Under the pieces are notes generated by a model. That model was given only the letters and a program-made list of their open reading frames with translations. It searched no databases and was not told where the DNA came from. A stretch of 62,088 bases of DNA, the filler included, from Pelomyxa schiedti (Eukaryota > Protista > Evosea): NCBI GenBank assembly GCA_020536535.1. It is 9 parts of 9 records of this genome, joined end to end, with 100 filler letters (N's around TTAATTAATTAA, not from the genome) between each part and the next. Parts side by side here need not be neighbours in the genome. Positions count along the whole stretch, not along the records: positions 43,609 to 50,593 come from JAHLWZ010000348.1; positions 50,694 to 62,088 come from JAHLWZ010001239.1; 7 more parts are not named here. One strand, 5' to 3'. Every line of letters starts with the position of its first letter. Within the stretch, counting starts at the first letter, position 1. Below, one piece after another: positions 50,263 through 62,088 of this stretch. The translations under genes were made by a program, and so were the position numbers.

Positions 50263-51037
50263 CCACTCAGCAGACCGCCATTGCAACAACTTCCCAATGA
50301 ACCTTGTGCATAATATCGACTAATTTGTACAGTGCTGGTCATTTTGAAAAAATGCTCCTTTTTTTTGTCACTTAATTAACAGAGTTGGTCTTTTTGAAAA
50401 ATGCGTCATGGGGAGCTGTCGTACAGTGGTGGGAATGAGTCCATATCAGCAGTACAAACAAGCTACAAGGGCGGGGGTGAGGTTCTGTTTATGTATTACT
50501 GTGAGATACCCTTTCATCATCTGGGGATACTGAAGTGTCATCGGCAATCACACGCTCAATGTTGTCACCAACAATGCTCAGGTAGTGTGTACTNNNNNNN
50601 NNNNNNNNNNNNNNNNNNNNNNNNNNNNNNNNNNNNNTTAATTAATTAANNNNNNNNNNNNNNNNNNNNNNNNNNNNNNNNNNNNNNNNNNNNGTACCTT
50701 GGCGAGGGGGGTAATGCTCTGTTTTTTCCTCACAAAGGGGGAGGGAACTTCAACGGGTTAGGTACTATGGATTGTGTAAGATGTTGTCGAATTGTCCAGG
50801 GAGGGATTCCGATCGCAGTAACAGTTGGAAACGTCCACCCCCCTGCGGCCGTTCACTATCAAGGCCGCCGAAGTCAGTTGTGATGTGCCCCCGAGAAAGG
50901 TGGCTTGCCAGAATTTCTTTGAGCTGGTTCACTTTCAAATGTCAGATCCCTTCCCCTAACACCCTGAGATTGAAGAAAAAATCGAAAACAAATCAAAACC
51001 AAACCAAAACACAAACGACAACAAACAGACAGCATTC

Positions 51038-53393
51038 ATGAAGAGCAGAAACAGCAACCGACTACCCTACATGGACAAAACGACAGGCTCCCAATCATCG
51101 TCGAGCACGGTCCACACTCGCACCACCTCAGTGGCCACCACGACAACCACATCATCATCATCGACGACGGGCAGCGGCAGCAGCAGCATCAGCAGCAACA
51201 CCAGCCCAGGCGCCTCGCCCTGGTCCTCGTTGTCCCCCTCGTCGTCGCCGTCGCCGTCGCCTTCGCCGCCCTCGGGGTCGGCTCCTCCCTGCGCGAGGGG
51301 AGGGGGCAGCGGGAGCCAACAGCAGAAGCCGCAGCGGCGCGCGCCGGGTGGCGGGGCCCACGTGCGCGGCAGCACCACCCACACAGTGATAATCATGCAC
51401 GACTGCACCCAGCACATGATGCACAACAGGAAGCAAAAGGCCGCAGCCGCCGCCGCCACATGTGTCTCCGCGTCGCGGTCTAGCACCGCGTCTTCGTCGT
51501 CTTGTATGGGCGGCGGCCCTTACTCTAGGACGGGGACGGGGACGGAGGAGGGGAGGCTGCTGTGGAGGAGGACCAGGAGCGGCGGCGGCGGCGGGGGCGA
51601 CTCGAATGGCGACGAGGACAACACCACCTGGGACTACGATGACTACGAGGAGGAGTACGAGGAGGACGCGGGTGCCCCGGTGCGGCTTGTTCTGCACTCC
51701 GCACCGCTGGCTGGCCGGGCCTCTCCACAACAGCAGGGGGCCCCGCTGCTGCCCACGGCGCCGCACCCGGGGGGCGGCGGTGGCAGGAGGAGGGAGCGAG
51801 GGGGAGCGGGAGCAGGGGGAGGGGGAGGGGGGAGCAGCAACACATCGTCGAACAGCAGCGGGGATGAGGACATTGCGTCTGCGATAGCGAGCAAGGACGG
51901 CTTGGTGCTTGGGGGCACTGGTGGGACTGCTGCTGTTTCGGGGGGTGCACCCCGCTGCGATATCTCGAATGGGGACAGGGCGGCTATGATGCAGCGGCCC
52001 AGGGTGTACAAGATGTACTGCGGAAAGCCCACACAAGTACTTTTGCGCTTTATATCTTCTTGGATTTGGTTGTAATTACTCCCTTTAGCTTATTGTGCTG
52101 CTATCACGTAGATGGCGTTTGTCTCACTCTATCACCGAACCCGACGTGTTTCAGGCAATGCTGTCTTTGAGTTGCTCATATGCACCAATTTCCGACAGTG
52201 CGGCCTCAATTACTAACAAAAGTGTAACTAATATCCATTCCAGCTGAACCGAAGTGTTATAAATGTAAGAAGAGCACGGACAATGAGGGGCGGGTGTTCA
52301 CGGCATGGGTGAGTAATCACACTCCTGAAATCGATGAAAATGGAAACACAGAGAAATACACAGCATTCGTAAAATCGTTGTGCTCATCTTCAAGGTTTTT
52401 CCTTTCCTTTTCTCTTCCCTTAACTAAGTTCCCTAGGGATCATCTCGGTGGTCAAATCTTGTTCGTGCTGACACTTGGAGGGATTGCATTTCGATCCAAG
52501 CCAATTCACCTCAGAGCACGACTAAAAAAACCTCGTGGTATTCTGATTCCCCTTTTTGAAAGAATAATAACACTCGCACAGTTACTGCTTCCACTCCCAC
52601 TTATGCCAAAACAAAGAGACGAAGTTCAGCACCGCTACAAGAAGTACCGCCTGAAAGCAGACAACCACCAACACCAAGTCAAACAGTCATACACCCGTTT
52701 CCACTAGACTTCGACTCGAGAGTTCCGGCTGTTTTGAATGCACCGTTTAACGGCTCTTGGGGCACAACTCCACCAAGTATGTTTTCGTTTGGCAAACATA
52801 CAACTCACATGAATTAGTCTCTGTGAGGATGTTGTATACCACCTTCAGCCCTGTCATGCTGAGTAAAGTCTTATCATCAAGCAACTCGATTAAACTGACA
52901 GGGGTTACTACTCAGAAGTTCCAAGTCCTTTCCCTCCCCCAAGACCCCAACATAGAACTACTCAACTCTTCGGCAATCCCGCCACCATCACCCGCTCTAT
53001 CAGCAGAGAACTTCAACTACGCCGCATCCACTCTTATGAAAGAACTCACAGAAGCATCACGCCACAGCACAGTTCCACTTGCTACAGCCTCTTTACCGCC
53101 ATCACCACCATTACTGGTAATTCACCCACAAACATCACAGAACCCTGACCGGCACCTCATTGTGCTAATTACAATGTATGATTCTGTACCCTACGCAATG
53201 CACTACAACAACTACTGGGGATCAGTTCAGAACAAGCTCATTTTACCGGGTGCTATCAGCCTCGTCAACATCATACAGAGCTGGATGCCTTGATTCCTTT
53301 CTGACCCCCTTTGTAGGTGTACATAAAGCTAAAAAATATGCTATTGTGAAACAAGGAATTCTTTTTGAAATTCCTTTCAAATCATTCGAGTAG
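51038..53393 (+). CDS. Putative CudA-like DNA-binding protein 2 (multi-exon; 3' end approximate)
   Basis: Low-complexity exon 1, then CYKCKK..EKYTAFVKSLCSSSR/DHLGGQILFVLTLGGIAFRSKPIHLRARLKKPR. Same motif as the 41614-42536 gene. Confidence 0.6.
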
Positions 53394-53398
53394 TGGTT

Positions 53399-56300
53399 TT
53401 AGTGGGATGATCTTGGAGTGAGGGGAGAGGATACAAGTACAGAAGCTGATAGTAATACACTACTGGTTGTGGGACTGCCGTGATTGCGAGGTGTTGGCGG
53501 TGATGTGATATGTGGAGAGGTGATAGAACCTGATGATGTGGATAATAGTGGTGACGGGGATGGAGGTGTCATGGCTGTGCTAGTGCGTGGTGACGATGAT
53601 GATGAGGCTGATAGCGGAGGAAGGGGAGGTGGGATGATGGGCTGCTGGCTGGTGAGTGCTGATAGCGGAAGAATTACTGTTCTTGGGGTTGATGGTGTTG
53701 TTGGCGGTGATGGTGACTGTGACTGCGGAGGAAGAATCGGGGAGGATGATGGCTTGGGAATGAGGGAAGCCGGAAGCTGCGATGGTGATGGAATGGTTGA
53801 ACTTGTTGGTGGTGGTTCGTATGTTGGGGGTGGTGGATTTGGCCGTGTAGGGGGAGGTGAGGGCACGCGCTTAGATGCGGGAATACCGGCTGGGGTATTG
53901 GAATTTGTGTTGGTACTTGTATAACAGGACACTGCGCTGGACAGTGGGGCGATGATAGGGGGTGGCGGAATCGGTGTTGTGAGGGTCGTTGTGTATGCGG
54001 TACGTATTTTGTTGATAAATGCGTGCAAGGTGGAGATAACCCCATGAAGTGGATGATAGTCCAAGCTCTTTGGGCTGATGTGCTCAAACATGGCCTTGAG
54101 GAATAATTTTAATTTTATTTTAGGATGGCATTAACTTATACAGTACACACATGGGAAATCCGGTAATACTCCAACAGTCTTTTTAGTGGTATCTCCAACC
54201 AGGATTTCACCATTTCCACTTGTGGTTGGGAAGGGGAGTTTTCTGAAGTCAGTTCGGGAATCTTTGAAATAATCAGCTTGGCGATAGCAAAAAATTGTCT
54301 TAATCTACATTGTCAAGATACTGTGCCGATTGAATAATATCTGTAAGTGATGACAAATCCGCAAAATATTCTTTGTATAATTTCTTGAATCTTGCCTATG
54401 TTTTCTAAGGTTGGGTGTTGGTAGTTGAAGAAAATTACCGGGATTGAGGGAAAGACATCGATGTATAAATCGTCATCCCACGACTGTATACTCTGGTCAA
54501 TATGTTCCAAAAACCTAATTTAGTTCAAAAAATAGAAATGGACTGGCTGGAAATCTACATCTGATGCTCTTTTATTATCATCACGAAATTACATAATATT
54601 TCTTTCCGCCTATGAGCGTTCATAGCACCCAGAGGCCGTGATAAAAGTACCTTTTTTTTTTACAGTGAGTCTCCGTGGTACCTTACAGCGGTATTACTTC
54701 GTATGTGAATTCCAGGTTTTTAATGTACTGGCTTTCTGAACTTTGCAATGAATTTAAGGCAACCAATCTGCTTCGCATGTCACTTGTATTCCCACTATCT
54801 CGCACCTGAAAACCCCTTTAGGAGATAAAAAAAAAAAAAGCACGAAGTCAATACCTTATTATTGGAAGTAGATGTCAAAAGGGCCGCTTTGGATTTTGTT
54901 GTAGCACTTTGGATCTTTTGAACCCATACATCCGCATCTTCTACACTACTTGCTTTGAAGGTAATGATTCCGGTGAGTGTAGTAAGATTGAAGGACTTCG
55001 TTTTTTTCCCTGAACTTGCCGTTGTGGAGCTAGAGGTGAGGGGATCAAGAGAAGTAGAGGGAAGGCTGAAAATGTGGTGCAAGTTCAGCTTCCCATTTCT
55101 TGTACTTGATGCGGCGACAAGAACTTCAAGGGGGTGAGTAAACAACAAAACAAAATAACGGAATTACGGAGGTCAGTCAGTAACCATATGTTGGATTTCT
55201 TTCCCTCAACTTTCAATTCTCCACTGTGTAAGACTGCGCGTGGAACCCCACCAATGCCCCGCCAGCCAGAAGGGATAACACTGTTTTCCCCTCCGACGAT
55301 ATCTGATGGAGGAGATGTAAGCTGTATAGGCAGCCCACTAATTGTATTCTCCAGATTCCAAAGTTGTGTTTGTGTGTGCGGTGTACGTTGTTGTTGGTTA
55401 GTATATTCAGCAGCTTCTCTGAGCTGTTGCAGTGCTAATTCTAGTAGAGGATGGTCTGGATGAGTTACTGGAGTGTTTTTGGTAAATTCTTCGATGAGGA
55501 GAATATCTGTAAGAATTCGTATGAAAGACGGAAAACCAGTAGATATTTACATCGAGGAATCCTCTGAATGAGTGAAATCATAAGCCCTTCTAGATTATTG
55601 AACTGAAACTTTTCTTGGAACTCCAAGGCCTTTTGAGTGTTAGGTGTGATACTGAGTCAATGAGAAACGCAATACTTCAAGAAATGTGGCAAAGTTAGGT
55701 TGGTACTGCTTGCATGTCTGAATAGTGCTTCTCATTTCATTAAAATTATTTGCAAAGTGCTACCATGGAAGTCAGCAACGAAAATGGAAAGGCCATACTT
55801 TGTAAAAGATCAACCACTTAGTCTGAAGAGATCTGAGTTTGAAATAAAACTTACAGCAATACGAACCTCCAAAAAGAGATCACCAATGGTTGTACTTTCA
55901 TTCCATGACCTTATTCTCCGTTCCACTGCTTTCTTGAACCTGATTTCTATTAATTGAAGGTTCAAATACGTATCCACATACCGTTTGTGGTAACTACGCA
56001 AAAGATTCACATTAGAAAATAAAGCTAGCATTTCTCTGGGATTCAGATTGAATGAGGAATCCTTGCAAAGAGGATAATAGACAAGTGAAGTGACTGTTCA
56101 TGATGTAAGGAGATAAGTTAAAAAAAAAAAAAGGACGGTTACTGATGTTCAGCTTTTCAAGGTAAGCAACTTCAGTTGTTAAGAGTTCATCAGCCACTTT
56201 CTTTCTCACTGAGAGCATTAAGGTTACCTGCACGCGTTGTAACGGTGCGAGCAACTGAAACCAAGGTAGATTAGCTAGAATAGGAGGGGGTGAGCCTGGG

Positions 56301-59300
56301 GATGGAGAAGATGTGTTTCGGGGACGGATAGATGGTGATGGGGAGACATTTAGGTGGCTGGTTCTATGGGGTGGCAAATTTGGAGATGTTGAGCCAAGAG
56401 ATAAGAGAGATGCAGTGGATGCAGAGTGCCTTGATTGTCGGAGGTTAGGTGAAGTATTTGGTGCACTTGTGCCAGCTTTCCAGGGAGGACTGGGTGAAGC
56501 AGTTTCAGCTGGAGGTGGGATGGATGTAATTTGAGGTGAACTGGTAGTTTTCAACACAGCTGCTGATAAAATTGTTGGTTGACTTGTATTTGTTGGAGGT
56601 TGAGACTGGGCTATAGAAACTAAGCTTAGGGCTGAGCGAATTGGAGGTGGAGATGGTGAAGTTGTTGACCTCACAGGAATTACGGAATCTGGAACCGTAG
56701 GCTTCAGTGTAGGGGAGGGCAGAGGTGAAGCTGGGGAGACGCGAAAAGATCCATGATGAGATGTTGCAGTCCGGTGGCTTATTTGCACAGGTGGGGGAAT
56801 AGTTGGAACAGGGAAAGCATGTGAACCAGGCTGTGGTACGTGAGTTGCGGGTCGTTTTGTTCCTTGCAGCAAAAGCTCGGCACTAACGATTGGACTTCCA
56901 TTGGTGGTACTCCCACTAATGCTACCAAGACTTTCACCACTTCCACCAATGCTTCCACTGCAAGCAGAGCCAGAGCACGACCCAGAGATGGATCCAGACA
57001 CTGAGCCACCCTCAATGCTGGAGCTTGCCACAGTGGAGGCTGAGTGCACATGAAGGCCGATTCGTGTTGGCGAAGGGGATGGCGGAGGGGATGGAGATGA
57101 ACTCGGTGCAAAAATCTGAAATAACTAAGTTGGGAGAAACCAGGTAAGATAAAGTACCACACAGTCGGGATATAACAACTCCACATTACTACAGTCAATC
57201 CACATATGGGGTACATCAATCCCACCAATAAGGAATGTGTGATTGTGGTTATCAATGTCGTGCACAAAAACCAAGCTACCCTTTCCATAGTGAAGAATTA
57301 GTCAATCTAAGTCTACGATTTGTACTACCTTCGGGATGGATGTAGATCCAACTCCAATGCACTCACACAGTAGAGTTCCTTTTAGGATTCCTTGCTCAGG
57401 TTTGCAGTGCATTTTCAATGGCTTAACCTGCATTTATCTTAAGTCGAACTTTTTTTTGCGGAGATACTTTACTGCTTGGATGAGAGAAATATCGTTCACT
57501 AATGTTGAGCAAAGCCACTCATCCAACTTGAAATTTCGTATCCTTTTTGTTTCCGCATTTGCAACACGGTTCTCTGGAGCCCATATTAGTACCTACAATA
57601 TGTTCAGAGTGTGAATGAGGAGAAGGTCTACACACGCTTTCAAAAGAAGACCAAAGTGAATATGCGATAGTGTTTTCAATCGGGAGTGATGCTAGAAGCA
57701 AGGAAAACTCCTTAAGGAGTTGCAAATTGCACGGGGCGATGGCACTAAGCATCACTCTTAAAATTCCAATAACCTCTCGGTGATGTGTACCTGAGACACT
57801 CGATGTGAGAAGAAAGAACTACGGGCGTAAGACATACAGGTCAACAGAGAGCACAGAGCAAAAAACATGTGTGAAGGAAACAGCGATTCTGTCAGGTAGC
57901 TGAGGAATTTGACCAGCATTTCACAGACAATTCGAGATACATTTCCGCGATATAACTCCTCGAGCTTGGGTGGTGAAGGTGCCTGTGTGTGCGGAGCAAG
58001 TGACAGCAGGGAGCTTGTGGAAATTGAATGCCTAGCTCGCGCTGAGAGCCGAACCGGGCTTGGTGCGGGGTTTGATGACGTCATGCTGTGTGCTTCGGTG
58101 GATTTTGTGCTATTTATCAGTTCTGGGTTGGAAATCATTGAGGAGATGGCTGACACTAAGTCTTGAACTAATTCTGAATGTTCACTTGCAGAAAGTACTG
58201 ACTCGGATCTTTTTCTCCGTTTTAGTTCGTTAGGTGGTGAAGATTTCTACCTTTTTTTAAGTGTGTGCTTTACTACTTTCAGTATTCTCCTTTCCCAAAG
58301 TCCAAGCTGGTGTACAACTAGAGAAGTTTAGCAATTTTACTTCTCCTTTATTTTTATTATTATTTTTATTTTTATTTTTATTTTTATTTTTATTTTTATT
58401 TTTATTTTTATTTTTATTTTTATTTTTATTTTTATTTATTATTAGGGAGGTTACTTTCAGGAGGGAGAGGCTCCAGAACAGAAGGGGGTGGACCATGCTT
58501 TTTGGGACTTGTTGAAGAAGACGGTTTGGTTGCCGGATGTGTTGCGTGTGAGCTAGACTGCTTCGAGTGACTGTGATGGCGGTGTGCATGCGGTGTCACA
58601 AACGATGTGCCGGTGGAATTACAAGAAGAAGAAGGAGGAGGAGGAGGAGACGCCGGGGTGGTAGCAACAACAACCGGTGCATCTGCCGAATCCCCAGTGC
58701 CCCCGCCACTCCTAGTAGTAGACTTTGGCACCGGCGAGTGCGAGTGACAGTGGCGAGAGTGCGAGGAGGACGACGAGGACGAGCCCCCCCGCGACGCCCT
58801 CGCCGCGTCTTTGCCCAGCTCCCGCGACGACGACGACTTGTGCCCCGAGTGCAAGTGGGTGTGCTGCGACGACTGGCCCGTGGTGCTCTCGTGCTGCTGG
58901 TGCTGCTGCTGCTGCGTGGTGGCCTCCGCCGCGGCCAAGTCGAAGCTGGGCGGCGGCGGCGCCTGCGCCTCCGCGTCCTCCTTGGCCGACGCGGCGCCGA
59001 ACCCCCCTTTCAGGAGGGAGGCGGTGGTGGAGCTGCAGAGGGCGGAGAGGGACACCCGCGCGGCGCCGATCCTCGTGGCGGTCTTGCTGCGGAGCACGTG
59101 GGCGTGGGGGTGGTGCTCGGCGGGCGGCTGCCCCGGCGTGGCCGTGGGCGACGGCGACAGCGAGGGGGAGGGCGACAGGGGCGCAGGGGGCGGCGTCGGG
59201 GTCGGCGACGGCGGGGCGGCCCCCCCCGAGGACGAGGAGGAGGAGGCCGCGGCGGCCAGGGCGTAGCAGTCGGAGGATGGGGGCGTGCCAATGGGGACTG

Positions 59301-59355
59301 ATGGGTCAGGGAGGATATCCTCCGCGGCGGTGGTTGTTGTTGTTGTGGCCGACAT
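53399..59355 (-). CDS. Large Rho guanine-nucleotide exchange factor (DH-PH) with a second degenerate DH-like region and Pro-rich ends
   Basis: DH motifs RKKVADELLTTEVAYLEKL, IGDLFL, LEGLMISLIQRIPR and EFTKNTPVTHPDHPLLELALQQL. PH end FKASSVEDADVWVQKI. A second DH-like start reads SLQSSESQYIKNL, with WLEIPLKRLLEY later. Confidence 0.85.
58358..58438. repeat. (TTTTTA)n array in intron 1 of the RhoGEF gene
   Basis: Direct reading. Confidence 0.9.
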
Positions 59356-59635
59356 TGTGGGACACAGGAGAGACGTGCCGGGGCAACGCGACTTGAAGAG
59401 TTATTTCGGACGTTTGATCGATCTGCGAACATCGTGACTTGTCAGAAAAGGGGTGGACACTAGTTAAAGGAAATCTGGTCTTGGATCTGGGTTTCGTCAG
59501 ATTCCGGCGGGGAAACTGGAGCTCCGACTCACAGCTTTACAGTTCCCCCACTTATTTTGATTGTAGTTGCACTCCCACCAAATCGTGGAGACCTCCACGA
59601 CATTAGGTCGGCGGAAGACTTAAAAAAAAGGTTCT

Positions 59636-60767
59636 TTATTTGCGGGCAACAATGAGAAGTATGCCATCCTTGTCCACAGGATCCACAGGGAAATTTGGTG
59701 GTGGTGAGAACAGACCCTGCGAGGACAAATACTGCAGCTCGGAGTCCAGGTCCGAATCATACATTGGAGGGTGGATGATTCTGATGTTGCTGAATCCGGC
59801 TGCTTTGAGCAACTCAACGTAGTCCTGGACCAACCACCGCCGGTCAAGGACAACAACATCCTCAGTTTCAAGGAACTTCAGGTGGGTATAAACCGGTGCC
59901 CCAGATATAACTGTGTCAGAAGGATCACCAAAGTAATGCTCTGAGGCTTGGAAGAATGGCAACCGCCATTTATTTTCCTGTATTTAAAAAGGTTCATCCT
60001 TAGTGTTGTAATGAGGAGACCAGCATACCACTATTACAACTGAACCAGATGGAAGGAGAACGCGGTGAAGCTCCTGTAAGCGACTGCCCAGGAGTTCTTT
60101 ACTTTGTATGGCACAGGTGACCCAGGTAGAAATAACGCCGTTGAAACTGTTATTAGCAAAAGGCAACGGTTGCATCTCTGGACTTTCCACCGCTGATGCC
60201 CCAAAATAACTTTCAGGGTGTTCAGGGTCAGATTTTCTATGGCGTTGTATCAAAATCAGAGGTGGAATTAGGCATGATTACTTAATTATTATATTATTAA
60301 TAAGTAAGTATAACCTGGCACTCGCCAACATCACGTTTGAAATGTCATATCCCACAGTCTGCATGTTGTATTTCTCACGCAAGAGAACAACCAATTTCCC
60401 CGGACCTTTAAGCCAGAAATCAACCAATCAATCTCCCCAAATTAACACAACACAAAAACACTCACATACCACAGCCAAAGTCCAGGACTCTTGGGGATCC
60501 CTCAATCTTCACCAGCGGGCCCGCAGAGTACCCATAACTGCCCTGCTCCCCCCCGCTGCCCTGTTGACATTGCAGGGATTTCTTGAGCTCGACGATGGCA
60601 GGGGCGTGGGCGCTGGCCATCAGGGCCAGGGGCCACAGCAGGTGTGCCTCACACACCCCTTGGCTGGTGTAGTGTGTGTCTGGCCTGACTTGGTTGGTGA
60701 CGGTTATGGGAGGAGAAGTGGAGGTGGAGGTACCATCTGCACTCGCTGTTGGTGTTGTGGTGCTCAT
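59636..60767 (-). CDS. Class I SAM-dependent methyltransferase, copy 1 (multi-exon)
   Basis: Motifs RVLDFGC/GPGKLV (motif I), TVGYDISNVML, LPFANNSFNGVIS and LQELHRVLLPSGSVVI. Confidence 0.85.
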
Positions 60768-61068
60768 TTGGTTGATGTTGTTGGTTTGTCCTGTTTCGAG
60801 GCGTTTCGAGGAGGTTTCTCACGCCATCCTTTCAGGGGACAAAATCAACAGATTGAAAAAAGAACTACGGATGAACTTCTGGTTTTTCGGTGATTCAGCT
60901 GAGTGGTGGTTGCAACCCAAGAGCTAATGCACTTGGATTAGCTTGGAGGTGAATTGCACAGCGGAAACATTTGCCTTCTACCACCTGGGTTCAGATGTTC
61001 GGTAACCATGCACCAAATAGGAATTTCTGTAACCATTTCCTTTCAGTGTAAGGTTATATCTTTGAGGC

Positions 61069-62088
<1,020 letters not shown>

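Overview
Compact, intron-rich eukaryotic DNA. Short GT-AG introns (about 40-70 nt), (AAC)n/(CAG)n low-complexity exons, Uso1, GSK3 and DH-PH genes point to a protist, probably an amoebozoan of the Archamoebae/Pelomyxa type (inference). This is a draft scaffold with 11 N-gaps, 8 carrying an artificial TTAATTAATTAA linker, and several redundant contig ends. Because genes are spliced, most long ORFs in the track are wrong-frame or partial; I reconstructed exons by hand. Housekeeping genes are USO1/p115, a GSK3/shaggy kinase and a large DH-PH RhoGEF. Accessory content includes three Sel1-repeat(-coiled-coil)-kinase paralogues (one disrupted pseudokinase, one intact, one tandem-kinase form with a frameshift), an F-box + degenerate Rab gene that may have captured a copy of the GSK3 first exon, and a hidden XPG/Asteroid-like gene. 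Also present are ankyrin-like, SPRY-like and MORN genes, a decayed vWA gene, two related putative CudA-like transcription factors, and two tandem SAM methyltransferases. The best candidate for an undescribed system is the fast-evolving Sel1-CC-kinase array, which looks like an intracellular sensor-kinase family undergoing birth and death.
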